From assembly GCA_028713915.1 (NCBI GenBank), contig JAQTNK010000009.1, forward strand, positions 46,857 through 110,856: 64,000 nucleotides of DNA, in the 5' to 3' direction. The notes beneath the pieces are model-generated. The model was not told where the DNA came from, made no database searches, and was given only the letters and a program-made list of their open reading frames with translations. Numbering within the stretch: position 1 is the first letter of the stretch; each line of letters starts with the position of its first letter. Both the position numbers and the translations under genes were made by a program. The stretch is from Rhodocyclaceae bacterium. Its GTDB lineage: Bacteria > Pseudomonadota > Gammaproteobacteria > Burkholderiales > Rhodocyclaceae. This document shows, piece by piece, positions 44,823 to 54,031 of this stretch.

Positions 44823-44823
44823 C

Positions 44824-45315
44824 ATGACCATCCCATTCCGCATCGGCCAGGGCTACGACGTTCATGCCCTGGTGCCCGGCCGCAAGCTGATTCTCGGCGG
44901 CGTCGATATTCCGTTCGCCCTTGGGCTGCAAGGCTACTCCGACGCCGACGTGCTGCTGCATGCGATCACCGATGCCGTGCTCGGCGCGGCCGGCCTGGGC
45001 GACATCGGCCGCATGTTTCCCGACAGCGACGAACAGTGGCGCGGCGCCGACAGCCGCATGCTGCTGCGCGGCGCCATGGCCGCGGTGACGGCGGCGGGCT
45101 GGCGCATCGGCAACGTCGACGCGACGGTCATCGCGCAGGCGCCGCGCGTGGCCGCATACGTCGACGCCATGCGCGCCAACATCGCCGCCGACCTCGCTGT
45201 CGCCGCATCGCAGGTGAACCTCAAGGGCAAGACCACCGAGCGGCTGGGCTTCGCCGGCCGCGGCGAGGGCATCGCCGCCGAGGCGGTGGCGCTGCTGGTG
45301 CGCGTAGACGACTAG
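44824..45315 (+). CDS. ispF: 2-C-methyl-D-erythritol 2,4-cyclodiphosphate synthase
   Basis: ATG at 44824 inside track ORF 44800-45315. [54 protein letters not shown]. Confidence 0.95.
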   Translation: MTIPFRIGQGYDVHALVPGRKLILGGVDIPFALGLQGYSDADVLLHAITDAVLGAAGLGDIGRMFPDSDEQWRGADSRMLLRGAMAAVTAAGWRIGNVDATVIAQAPRVAAYVDAMRANIAADLAVAASQVNLKGKTTERLGFAGRGEGIAAEAVALLVRVDD

Positions 45316-45321
45316 CGGCCG

Positions 45322-45858
45322 ATGGCCGAGTCCGACCGCCGCCTGTTCTTCGCGCTGTGGCCGCCGGCGGGCGTCGCCGGTCGACTGCACGAAGCCGCGC
45401 TGGCGGCGCACGCGGCTTGCGGCGGGCGCCCGATGCGTCGCGAGACGCTGCACGTGACGCTGGCTTTCCTCGGCGCCGTTGCGGCAACACGCGTCGCGGC
45501 CGCCGAGGTGGCTGCAGCGGCCGTCGCGGCAAGGCCTTTCATCCTCGAGCTCGACCGTCTCGCCTGCTGGAAGCACAACCGCATCGTCTGGGCCGGCTGC
45601 GCCGACGTGGCGCCGCCGCTGGCCGGCCTCGCCACGAATTTGGCGCAAGCCTTGCGCGACGCCGGCTTCGTGCTCGAGACGCGGCCGTTCGCGGTGCATG
45701 CGACCCTGGTGCGCAATGCCAATTGCATGAAACCGCCGCCGCCGCTGGCGGCTCCGATCCGCTGGCCGGTGGCGGACTTCGCGCTGGTCGAATCGCACGC
45801 CGAGTCGGCCGGCTCGCGCTACGAGGTGGTGCGGCGCTGGCTGTTCGTCCTCGATTAG
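45322..45858 (+). CDS. thpR: RNA 2',3'-cyclic phosphodiesterase (2H phosphoesterase, ThpR/LigT)
   Basis: 178-aa ORF. RLFFALWPP plus two HxT motifs, LHVTLAFLG and VHATLVRN. Confidence 0.85.
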   Translation: MAESDRRLFFALWPPAGVAGRLHEAALAAHAACGGRPMRRETLHVTLAFLGAVAATRVAAAEVAAAAVAARPFILELDRLACWKHNRIVWAGCADVAPPLAGLATNLAQALRDAGFVLETRPFAVHATLVRNANCMKPPPPLAAPIRWPVADFALVESHAESAGSRYEVVRRWLFVLD

Positions 45859-45884
45859 AATCGGGCGCCTCAGGGGGAATCGAC

Positions 45885-46370
45885 GTGGGACTGAATCCGT
45901 TTCGCCGCCATAGCAGTTCGCCGCGCCTGGAAAAGCTGCGCGCGCTGTCCTTGTTCGGCGAGCTCGCGACGAGCGAACTTGCCATCGTCGAAGCGCTGCT
46001 GCACGAGCGCGACTTCCTCAAGGACGAGGTGATCTTCGACGAAGGCGAGGACGGCCAGGCGATCTACATCGTGCTCGACGGCGCCGTGCTGATCTGCCGC
46101 CAGGGCGAGCCCGAAAGCGGCCTGCTCGCCACGCTGGAGGCAGGCAGCTTCTTCGGCGACATCGCGCTGCTCGAAAACCTGCCGCGCACGGCGCAGGCGC
46201 GCGCCGCCGAAAATTGCCGCCTGGCGGTGTTCTTCCGCGCCGATTTCGTCGGGCTCATGGAAACCCACGGCGTCATCGCGTCGAAGATTTCGCTGCAACT
46301 CGCCCGCAACATGGGCAAGCGTCTGCGCGATGCCACGCTCGGCGTCGGCTCCGTGCATCGCCATCTGTGA
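45885..46370 (+). CDS. stand-alone cyclic nucleotide-binding (CAP effector-type) domain protein
   Basis: GTG at 45885 with AGGGGGA SD (in frame with track ORF 45036-46370). LFGELATSELAIVEALL, IFDEGEDGQAIYIVLDG, GSFFGDIALLENLPRTAQARAAE. 161 aa; no DNA-binding or other output domain. Confidence 0.8.
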   Translation: MGLNPFRRHSSSPRLEKLRALSLFGELATSELAIVEALLHERDFLKDEVIFDEGEDGQAIYIVLDGAVLICRQGEPESGLLATLEAGSFFGDIALLENLPRTAQARAAENCRLAVFFRADFVGLMETHGVIASKISLQLARNMGKRLRDATLGVGSVHRHL

Positions 46371-47488
46371 CTAGTTCCTCGCGCAACGGCTCGGGCCCCA
46401 TCGTCTGGGCGGCGATCATCGCCGTCACCTGCCTGCTGCTGCAGGTGTTCCAGAAAATGCTGTGGCTGGTCGTGCCTTTTCTCCTGGCGCTGATCCTCTA
46501 TTACATCCTTTACCCGACGATGCAGTACCTGGTCTATCGCGGCCTGTCGCGCGCCGCCGCGGCCGGCGGCACCATCGTCCTGTTCCTGGCGGCGTTCATC
46601 GTCGGCGCGGCGCTCATGGTGCCGTGGCTGGCGACGCACATGGTCGATATCCAGGCTTCGGTCGAGCCTTATCTTGCGGGCGGCTTGCGGCTTCTGGAAC
46701 GCTCGCTGCAGGCCTTGGAACAAAGCTGGTCGATGCTGGCGGACGCGCATCTGGCCGCGACCGCGATGGAGAAATTCCAGCACTCGGCCGGCAGCGCCGC
46801 GGAGCACATCGAGCCCGTGGCGATGGGCGTCGCGGCATGGATGCCCTCGCTGCTGCTGGCGCCTTTCCTCGCTTTCTTCTTTCTAAAGGACGGCCTGCGC
46901 TTCAAGCGCTTCCTCGCGCGCGCCGTGCCCAACGCCTTTTTCGAAAGGACGCTTTATCTCCTTCACGAAGTCGACCAGACCCTGCGCGCCTATTTCACGG
47001 GACTGATGAAGCTGACCGTTCTCGATACCTTCACCCTGGCGGCCGGCCTCTGGCTGCTGGGCTTTCCGGGGGCGCTGGCGCTTGGCTTGATCTGCGCCGT
47101 GCTGGCCTGGATTCCCTATGTCGGTTCCGTCCTCGGCGGGCTGGTGGTGGTGCTCGTCGCCGCCACGGATTTCCCGGCACAGCCGTCCATGGCGTACTGG
47201 GCCATCGCGCTGTTCATCGTCGTGCGCCTGCTCGACGATTTCGTCTACATGCCGCTGACGGTCGGCAAGAGCTTGCACATGCATCCGCTGGTGACGGTGC
47301 TGATGATCTTCGCCGGCGGCGCCGTGGCCGGCATCTCGGGCCTCATGCTGGTGCTGCCGGTTCTCGGCGTGGTGATGGTCTGCGGCGAAACCATCGGCAA
47401 GGTGGTGACCGATGCGCGCCTGATGGCGCGGCATCGGCATGCCAAACTCTTGCGGCGCAAGCAAGCGAGCATCGATCTGCAAGTGTGA
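46367..47488 (+). CDS. AI-2E family (PerM-like) transporter
   Basis: GTG at 46367 overlapping the upstream TGA (GTGA); track ORF 46214-47488. 7-8 TM segments, FFFLKDG motif, HPLVTVLMIFAGGAVAGISGLMLVLP. An alternative later start is ATG 46456. Confidence 0.8.
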   Translation: MTSSSRNGSGPIVWAAIIAVTCLLLQVFQKMLWLVVPFLLALILYYILYPTMQYLVYRGLSRAAAAGGTIVLFLAAFIVGAALMVPWLATHMVDIQASVEPYLAGGLRLLERSLQALEQSWSMLADAHLAATAMEKFQHSAGSAAEHIEPVAMGVAAWMPSLLLAPFLAFFFLKDGLRFKRFLARAVPNAFFERTLYLLHEVDQTLRAYFTGLMKLTVLDTFTLAAGLWLLGFPGALALGLICAVLAWIPYVGSVLGGLVVVLVAATDFPAQPSMAYWAIALFIVVRLLDDFVYMPLTVGKSLHMHPLVTVLMIFAGGAVAGISGLMLVLPVLGVVMVCGETIGKVVTDARLMARHRHAKLLRRKQASIDLQV

Positions 47489-47578
47489 CGCTGGCGGCGC
47501 CGCCAGGCGATCTTGCGCATCGCCGGCGGTGACTATAATCAAATCGTCTTGGGGACGACCCCTCTACCGATTCCGCCG

Positions 47579-48940
47579 ATGCTGAGACGCCTTGCCTTGG
47601 CCGTGCTGCTCGGGTGGGCTTTGGTCGCGGCGGCGGCGCCGGTTGCGGTAGTCGAGATGCGCGGCCCGATCAGCCCGGCAAGCAGCGAACAACTGTCGCG
47701 CGCCCTCGACGGCGCGCAGGCAAAAGGGGCCGTGTTGCTGGTGCTTCAGCTCGATACGCCCGGCGGCCTCGATACATCCATGCGCGACATGATCCGCGCC
47801 ATTCTCGCCTCGCCCGTACCCGTCGCCTGCTATGTGGCGCCGAGCGGCGCGCGCGCGGCGAGCGCCGGTACCTATCTCATGTATGCCAGCCACATCGCGG
47901 CGATGGCGCCGGGCACGAACCTCGGCGCGGCGACGCCGGTGAGCATCGGCCTGGGCGGGGCGGAGCCTGAACCGGCGTCGCCGCGCGACAAGTCGGCGGC
48001 CAAGCCGTCCGGCAAGGGCGCGGACAATGCGCCGCCGTCTTCGGCCGAGTCGCTGCGCGCCAAGGTGATGCAGGATTCCGCCGCCTACCTGCGCAGCCTG
48101 GCGCAGATGCGCGGCCGCAATGCCGCCTGGGCCGAGCAGGCGGTGCTGCGCTCGGTGAGCCTGTCGGCGGATGAAGCGCTCAAGCTCAAGGTCATCGACC
48201 TGGTCGCCGTCGATATTGCCGATCTCCTGCACCAGGCGGACGGCCGCACGGTGCGCACGGCCGCCGGCGAGCGGCGGCTGGCGCTCGCCGACGCGCAAGT
48301 CTATGTCGTTGAGCGCACCTGGCATAACCGGCTGCTGGGCGCCGTCGCCGATCCCAATGTCGCAGTCATGCTGATGATGCTGGGCATCTACGGCTTGTTG
48401 TTCGAGTTCTACAATCCCGGCATGGCCCTGCCCGGCGTGGCCGGCGCGATCTGCCTGCTGCTGTCGGCTTACGGCCTGCACCTGCTGCCGGTCAATTATG
48501 CCGGCGTCTTATTGATGCTGGTGGGGGTGGCGTTCATGGTGGCCGAGGCGTTTTTCCCCACTTTCGGTGCGCTCGGCGTCGGCGGCGTCGTCGCCTTCGT
48601 CGCCGGCGCGCTGATGCTCGTCGATGCGCAGGAAGCGCCGGGCGTTGCCGTGTCGTGGCAAGTCGTGACGCCGCTGGGGGTGTTTTCCGCGCTCTTGCTG
48701 TTCGGCCTCGGCACCATGGCGCTGCGGGCGCGGCGGCGTCCGCCCGTCGCCGGCGCCGAAGCGATGGTCGGCGGCGTCGCCGAGGCCCTGGAAGACTTTG
48801 CCGGCGGCGGCTGGGTGACGACCGCGGGCGAACGCTGGCATGGCCGCTGCGGCGTGCCGCTCAAGCGCGGCGAGAAGCTGCGCATCGTTCGCGTCGATGG
48901 CCTGACGCTGGAGGTGGAACCGCTGAAAGGAGACCCATGA
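47579..48940 (+). CDS. NfeD family membrane-bound ClpP-class serine protease
   Basis: ATG at 47579 inside track ORF 47513-48940. Signal peptide; LVLQLDTPGGLDTSMRDMI; YVAPSGARAASAGTYL; central TM block; C-terminal NfeD OB domain GERWHGRCGVPLKRGEKLRIVRVDGLTLEVEP. Confidence 0.85.
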   Translation: MLRRLALAVLLGWALVAAAAPVAVVEMRGPISPASSEQLSRALDGAQAKGAVLLVLQLDTPGGLDTSMRDMIRAILASPVPVACYVAPSGARAASAGTYLMYASHIAAMAPGTNLGAATPVSIGLGGAEPEPASPRDKSAAKPSGKGADNAPPSSAESLRAKVMQDSAAYLRSLAQMRGRNAAWAEQAVLRSVSLSADEALKLKVIDLVAVDIADLLHQADGRTVRTAAGERRLALADAQVYVVERTWHNRLLGAVADPNVAVMLMMLGIYGLLFEFYNPGMALPGVAGAICLLLSAYGLHLLPVNYAGVLLMLVGVAFMVAEAFFPTFGALGVGGVVAFVAGALMLVDAQEAPGVAVSWQVVTPLGVFSALLLFGLGTMALRARRRPPVAGAEAMVGGVAEALEDFAGGGWVTTAGERWHGRCGVPLKRGEKLRIVRVDGLTLEVEPLKGDP

Positions 48941-49701
48941 TGTGGATACCCGGTTTCGGTGCGGTCATCGTCGCGGCACTGCTCCTGGCGGCGGCGTCGG
49001 TGCGCATCCTGTTCGAATACCAGCGCGGCGTCGTGTTCACGCTCGGGCGCTTCTGGAAAGTGAAAGGGCCGGGGCTGGTCCTTCTGCTGCCCTTCGTCCA
49101 GCAAATGGCGCGCGTCGATTTGCGCATCGTCGCCATGGACGTGCCGAGCCAGGACGTCATCACGCGCGACAACGTTTCGGTGAAGGTCAATGCCGTGCTC
49201 TATTTTCGCGTCATCGACCCGCAGCGCGCCATCATCCAGGTCGCCAACTTTCTCGAAGCCACGTCGCAATTGGCGCAGACGACGCTGCGCTCGGTGCTCG
49301 GCCGCCACGAACTCGATACCCTGCTGGCCGAGCGCGATCGTCTCAACGTGGATATCCAGCAGATCCTCGACCAGCAGACCGACGCCTGGGGCATCAAGGT
49401 GACCATGGTCGAGATCAAGCACGTCGACATCGACGAGTCGATGATTCGCGCCATCGCGCGCCAAGCCGAAGCGGAGCGCGAACGGCGCGCCAAGGTGATC
49501 CATGCCGAGGGCGAACTGCAGGCCTCGACCAAGCTGCTCGAAGCCGGCCACGTGCTCGCGCAGTCGCCCCAGGCGATGCAGTTGCGCTACTTGCAGACGC
49601 TGATCGCCATCGCCGGCGACAAGAGTTCGACCATCGTCTTTCCGCTGCCGGGCGATTTGCTGGCGACGCTGTTCAAGCCGCGCGGCGATGACAAGGCTTG
49701 A
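48937..49701 (+). CDS. SPFH/band 7 (slipin/stomatin-like) protein
   Basis: ATG at 48937 overlapping the nfeD stop (ATGA); track ORF 48655-49701. ILFEYQRGVVFTLGRF, DVPSQDVITRDNVSVKVNAVLYFRVIDP, WGIKVTMVEIKHVD. Confidence 0.9.
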   Translation: MMWIPGFGAVIVAALLLAAASVRILFEYQRGVVFTLGRFWKVKGPGLVLLLPFVQQMARVDLRIVAMDVPSQDVITRDNVSVKVNAVLYFRVIDPQRAIIQVANFLEATSQLAQTTLRSVLGRHELDTLLAERDRLNVDIQQILDQQTDAWGIKVTMVEIKHVDIDESMIRAIARQAEAERERRAKVIHAEGELQASTKLLEAGHVLAQSPQAMQLRYLQTLIAIAGDKSSTIVFPLPGDLLATLFKPRGDDKA

Positions 49702-49704
49702 CGG

Positions 49705-50481
49705 CTACTTGTCGACGAAAGCCCGCTCGATGACGTAGTCGCCCGGCGTGCCGACGTGCGGGGAAAGGTGGAAGCCGCGGCGGTCGAGCAGAAGGCAGCA
49801 ATCCTTCAGCAGCATCGGGCTGCCGCAGATCATGACGCGGTCGTGCCGCGCGTCCAGCGGCGGCAGGCCGACGTCGGCGAAGAGCCGGCCGCTTTCGATC
49901 AGGTGGGTCACGCGCCCCTGGTGGCGAAAGGCTTCGCGCGTCACGGTCGGATAGTAGATCAGCTGGTCGCGGACCCTGTCGCCGAAGAATTCGTTCGCCG
50001 GCAGGTCGTGTTCGATGAAGTCGCGGTAGGCCAGTTCGCTGACGCGCCGAACGCCGTGCACGAGGACGACTTTCTCGAAGCGCGCGTAGGTCTCGGGATC
50101 CTTGATGATGCTGAGGAAGGGCGCGAGGCCGGTGCCGGTGCTGATCAGGTACAGGCGTCGACCGGGCAGCAGGTCGTGCAGCACGAGCGTGCCGACCGGC
50201 TTGCGGCTGATCAGCAGCCGGTCGCCCTGCTTGAGGTACTGGAGCCGCGACGTCAGGCTGCCGTCCGGCACCTTGATGCTGAGGAACTCGAGATGATCCT
50301 CGTAATTGGCGCTGGCGATGCTGTACGCGCGCATCAGCGGCTTGCCTTCGATCTCCAGCCCGAGCATGACGAAATGGCCGTTCTCGAAGCGCAAGCCGCG
50401 GTCGCGCGTGGTGGTGAAGCTGAAGAGCCGGTCGTTCCAGTGATGGACGCTAAGCACTTGTTCGGCGCCGACGGCAGCCAC
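49705..50481 (-). CDS. fpr: ferredoxin-NADP(+) reductase
   Basis: GTG at 50481, 7 nt after a GAAGGAGA SD, gives 258 aa (track ORF extends to 50526). EQVLSVHHWNDRLFSFTTTRDRGLRFENGHFVMLGL, MRAYSIAS, LYLISTGTGLAPF, MICGSPMLL. Confidence 0.9.
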   Translation of the reverse strand: MAAVGAEQVLSVHHWNDRLFSFTTTRDRGLRFENGHFVMLGLEIEGKPLMRAYSIASANYEDHLEFLSIKVPDGSLTSRLQYLKQGDRLLISRKPVGTLVLHDLLPGRRLYLISTGTGLAPFLSIIKDPETYARFEKVVLVHGVRRVSELAYRDFIEHDLPANEFFGDRVRDQLIYYPTVTREAFRHQGRVTHLIESGRLFADVGLPPLDARHDRVMICGSPMLLKDCCLLLDRRGFHLSPHVGTPGDYVIERAFVDK

Positions 50482-50546
50482 GACGATTTCTCCTTCACGC
50501 AAACCAGGTCCGACGTTTGAACGCATCCCGGCGCGGGAGTTTCACC

Positions 50547-51935
50547 TCATCGCTGCGGCGCCACGTGCGCCACGAACGATTCCAGGGCCGTGCGCACTTC
50601 CGCGATCACCGGCACCCAATTGCCGGCCTTCGCCTGGCGGAACAGGCGCATGACGTCGGGATACCAGGGCGAGTCGCTGCGGCCGGTCAGCCAGCGCCAG
50701 TCCGTCTTGTAGTCCGGCAGCAGCACCCAGCACGGTTTGCCGAGCGCGCCGGCCAGATGCGCGACGGCGGTATCGACACTGATCACGAGGTCGAGGTTGG
50801 CGACGATGGCGGCAGTGTCGGCGAAGTCGCCGACGCGGCTGCCGAGGTCGACGACCGCCAGGCCGTCGGGCGGCTGCCTGGCTTCGTCTTCGCCGGCGCC
50901 TTTTTGCAGGCTGACGAAGCGTACGCCGGCGACTTGCCCCAAGGGCGCCAGCATGTCCAGGCTCGGCAGCGAACGGTCGACGTCGTTTTCGAAATTCGTG
51001 CTGCCCTTCCAGACCAGGCCGACGCGGACGCCGTCCGGCGGCAGTTGCGGCGCCCAGCGCGCCGCGCGGTCGGCATCGGCGCGCAAGTAGGGCAGGGCTG
51101 CGGGAATCGAGTCGAGCCGCGTGTCGCAGTAATGGGGAAGGCTCAGGGGCGGCGTCCAGAAATCCCAATGCGTCGGCGGCAGCGGCTCATCGAAGTCGAC
51201 GACTTCGTCGGCGCCGGCCAATGTCGCGAACAAGGTTTTCAGGGCCGGATGGCAGATCACCGTGATGCTTGCCGCGCCTTGTCCTTTCAGCGTCGCGGCA
51301 TAGCGGCAGAACTGGATCATGTCGCCGTGCCCGGCTTCGAACGTTATCAGCAGCGACTTCCCGGCGAGGGACTCGCCGCGCCAGCGGGGACAGGCGAGGC
51401 GATCGGCGAAGACGGCATACCAGTCGCGGGCTTCGAGGCAGCGCCAGCCTTCTTCGAAGCGGCCCTGGCGCAACAGCAGATAGCTCAGGTTGAAAATGGC
51501 ATTGGCATAGTCGGCATCGAGCGCCATGGCGGTGCGGTAGCATTGCTCGGCTTCGCGTTCGCGCTTCATGCAGGCGCAGAGGACGCCGAGATTCGACCAG
51601 GCGGCCGCGGATTGCGGATTCAGCCGCAGCGCTTCGCGGTAGGCCTTTTCGGCGGCATCGAAATGCTTGCGTTGGGCAAGATTGACGCCGAGGTTCAGGT
51701 GCGTTTGCGCATACGCCGGATTGAGGGCGATGGAGCGCCGATGGCAACGCTCGGCTTCTTCAGCCGCGCCGCGCCGATCGAGAAGGAATCCGAGATTGCC
51801 GTGCGCCTCGGCCAGATCGGGGGCAATCCGCAACGCTTCGCGCAGGCAGGATTCGGCGCCCGAAAAGTCGCCGTCGGCCATGCGCCGGTTGCCTTCGAAG
51901 AACAGCGCTGCGGCGGCCTGCTGGCGCGCGTGCAC
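50547..51935 (-). CDS. TPR-repeat protein fused to a glycosyltransferase family 9-like domain
   Basis: 462-aa ORF (GTG start). About 5 N-terminal TPR units (AEAHGNLGFLL, AQTHLNLGVNL, AAAWSNLGVL, ANAIFNLSYLLLRQGRFEEG). C-terminal GT9 signature DFADTAAIVANLDLVISVDTAVAHLAGALGKPCWVLLP. Confidence 0.75.
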   Translation of the reverse strand: MHARQQAAAALFFEGNRRMADGDFSGAESCLREALRIAPDLAEAHGNLGFLLDRRGAAEEAERCHRRSIALNPAYAQTHLNLGVNLAQRKHFDAAEKAYREALRLNPQSAAAWSNLGVLCACMKREREAEQCYRTAMALDADYANAIFNLSYLLLRQGRFEEGWRCLEARDWYAVFADRLACPRWRGESLAGKSLLITFEAGHGDMIQFCRYAATLKGQGAASITVICHPALKTLFATLAGADEVVDFDEPLPPTHWDFWTPPLSLPHYCDTRLDSIPAALPYLRADADRAARWAPQLPPDGVRVGLVWKGSTNFENDVDRSLPSLDMLAPLGQVAGVRFVSLQKGAGEDEARQPPDGLAVVDLGSRVGDFADTAAIVANLDLVISVDTAVAHLAGALGKPCWVLLPDYKTDWRWLTGRSDSPWYPDVMRLFRQAKAGNWVPVIAEVRTALESFVAHVAPQR

Positions 51936-51947
51936 GATCGGGTTGGC

Positions 51948-53270
51948 CTACGCCGCGTTCGCCATCGGCACGACGATGGTCGCGACGAGGCCGCCGCCGT
52001 CGCGCGCCTTCAGGTCCAGGCGGCCGTTGTGGCCGCGGGCGATGCGCTCGACGATGGCGAGGCCGAGGCCGGCGCCGATGGCGCCGGTGCGGGCATTTTC
52101 CAGGCGGGTAAAGGGAAGCTTGAGCCGCTCGGCTTCGGCCGGCGGAATGCCCGGACCGCGGTCGGCGACGGCCAGATGGACGTCCTTGCCGACGACACGC
52201 AGCGACAACTCGATCGGCAGGTCGGCGCCGGCATGACGCAGGGCGTTTTCGACCAGGTTGCCGAGCGCGCGGCGCAGCGCCTTGGGCCGCACGTCCTGCG
52301 GCGCCAGTGCCACGGCGTCGTAGCTGATGTCGCTGCCGCGGCGGCGATATTGTTCGACCAGGTCCGCCAGCATGGCGGCGAGATCGGTGGCTTGCAACGC
52401 TTCGCCGCCGTCGGCGCGGGCAAAGTCCAGGAACTGGCCGATGGTGCGGTCCATTTCCTCGACGTCGGCGACGGTTTCGGCGCGCGTGTCGTCGTCCATG
52501 CCGCTCATCTCGATGCCCATGCGCAGCCGCGTCAGGGGCGTGCGCAAGTCGTGCGAAATGCCGGCGAGGATGAGTGCGCGATCCTGGTCGAGGCGGGCGA
52601 GGTCGGCGCTCATTGCGTTGAAGGCACGGGCGAGGGTTTCGATTTCGGCGGGCCCGTCGGTGGCCAGCGGCCGCGGCGTGCGTCCGCGGCCGATTTCGCC
52701 GGCCGCGGCGGCGAGCTTCTTGAGCGGACGCACCACGCGCGAAACGATGAGCCAGGCGCCGACGAGCGAAAGCAGCAAGGCCGCGGCGCTCCAGCCGAGC
52801 CACTCGATGGGAAAGAGACGATCGACACGGTCGCGCGGCAGGGCAAGCCAGTAGTCGCCTTCGTCGCTGTCGTCGATGCGGAAGTTGACGAACAGCGCGC
52901 GCTCGTCGCCGCGTTCCAGCGTCAGTATGGTCTGCGGCCCGAGCCGTTCGCGCACCAGGGTTTCGACGCGATGGAGGAAGGGCCGGTCGGGCAGGGGCGC
53001 GATGCGGTCGGTATCTTCGGCCGGATAGATGTGGATGCCTTCGCGGTCGGAAAGCTCGCGCAACAGCTCGAGGCGGGCTTCGGGGCGGGCGGTGATCAGC
53101 GCGGCGCGCGTGAGATTGGCGGCGCTGACGATCATCTGCGACAGCTGGCGCGCGCGCGGCTCGCGCTCATAAGTGTTGAAGATGGCGAACCAGGCCCATA
53201 CCGAGAGCAGCATCAGCAGCGCGACGAGGAGGAAGGTGCGCCAGAGCAGGGTGCGGGGGAAAAGCGTCAT
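51948..53270 (-). CDS. EnvZ-like sensor histidine kinase (two TM, HAMP, HisKA, HATPase_c)
   Basis: 440-aa ORF. H-box GISHDLRTPLTRLR, N-box LGNLVENALRHA, G-boxes DRGPGIP and GAGLGLAIV. ATGA overlap with the ompR stop. Confidence 0.9.
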   Translation of the reverse strand: MTLFPRTLLWRTFLLVALLMLLSVWAWFAIFNTYEREPRARQLSQMIVSAANLTRAALITARPEARLELLRELSDREGIHIYPAEDTDRIAPLPDRPFLHRVETLVRERLGPQTILTLERGDERALFVNFRIDDSDEGDYWLALPRDRVDRLFPIEWLGWSAAALLLSLVGAWLIVSRVVRPLKKLAAAAGEIGRGRTPRPLATDGPAEIETLARAFNAMSADLARLDQDRALILAGISHDLRTPLTRLRMGIEMSGMDDDTRAETVADVEEMDRTIGQFLDFARADGGEALQATDLAAMLADLVEQYRRRGSDISYDAVALAPQDVRPKALRRALGNLVENALRHAGADLPIELSLRVVGKDVHLAVADRGPGIPPAEAERLKLPFTRLENARTGAIGAGLGLAIVERIARGHNGRLDLKARDGGGLVATIVVPMANAA

Positions 53271-53989
53271 TCGGCTTTCTTGCCGTCGGGAACGAACACG
53301 TAGCCGAAGCCCCAGACGGTCTGGATGTGGCGCGGCTTCGTCGGCTCGTCTTCGACGAGTTTTCGCAGGCGCGAGATGCGCACGTCGATGGAGCGGTCGA
53401 AGACGTCGTATTCGCGGCCGCGGGCGAGTTCCATCAGCTTGTCGCGGCTCATCGGCTGGCGCGGGTGGCTGACCAGTATCTTGAGCAGGGCGAACTCGCC
53501 GGTGGTGAGCGGCGTGACGGTTTCGCCGCGCGTCAGTTCGCGCGTGGCGAGATTGATGGAGACGAGGCCGAAATTGACCACCTCCTCCTCGGCCGCCGGC
53601 GCGCCGGGCGGCGGCGGCGCGGCGCGGCGCCGCAGTACGGCGTTGATGCGGGCGACGAGTTCGCGCGGGTTGAAAGGCTTGGGCAGGTAGTCGTCAGCGC
53701 CCAGTTCCAGGCCGACGATGCGGTCGACTTCGTCGCCCTTGGCGGTGAGCATGATGATGGCCACGGCGTTGTTGGCGCCGCGCAGGCGGCGGCAGATGGC
53801 AAGGCCGTCCTCGCCGGGCATCATCAGATCCAGGACGATGAGGTCGAAGAGTTCGCGAGCCAGCGCCTTGTCCATCGCCTCGCCGCCATCGACGGCCTTG
53901 GTGGTGAAACCCTGCTCGGTCAAATAGCGCTCCAGCAGCTGGCGCAGGCGCTGGTCGTCGTCGACGACGAGGATTTTGGTGTTTGTCAT
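53267..53989 (-). CDS. ompR: OmpR family response regulator
   Basis: ATG at 53989 inside track ORF 53267-54172. MTNTKILVVDDDQRLRQLLERYLTEQGF, LIVLDLMMPGEDG, wHTH tail IQTVWGFGYVFVP. Confidence 0.93.
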   Translation of the reverse strand: MTNTKILVVDDDQRLRQLLERYLTEQGFTTKAVDGGEAMDKALARELFDLIVLDLMMPGEDGLAICRRLRGANNAVAIIMLTAKGDEVDRIVGLELGADDYLPKPFNPRELVARINAVLRRRAAPPPPGAPAAEEEVVNFGLVSINLATRELTRGETVTPLTTGEFALLKILVSHPRQPMSRDKLMELARGREYDVFDRSIDVRISRLRKLVEDEPTKPRHIQTVWGFGYVFVPDGKKAE

Positions 53990-54031
53990 GGAATGAATCC
54001 TAGCTTGAACGCGGGCCGTTGTGATGGCGGA

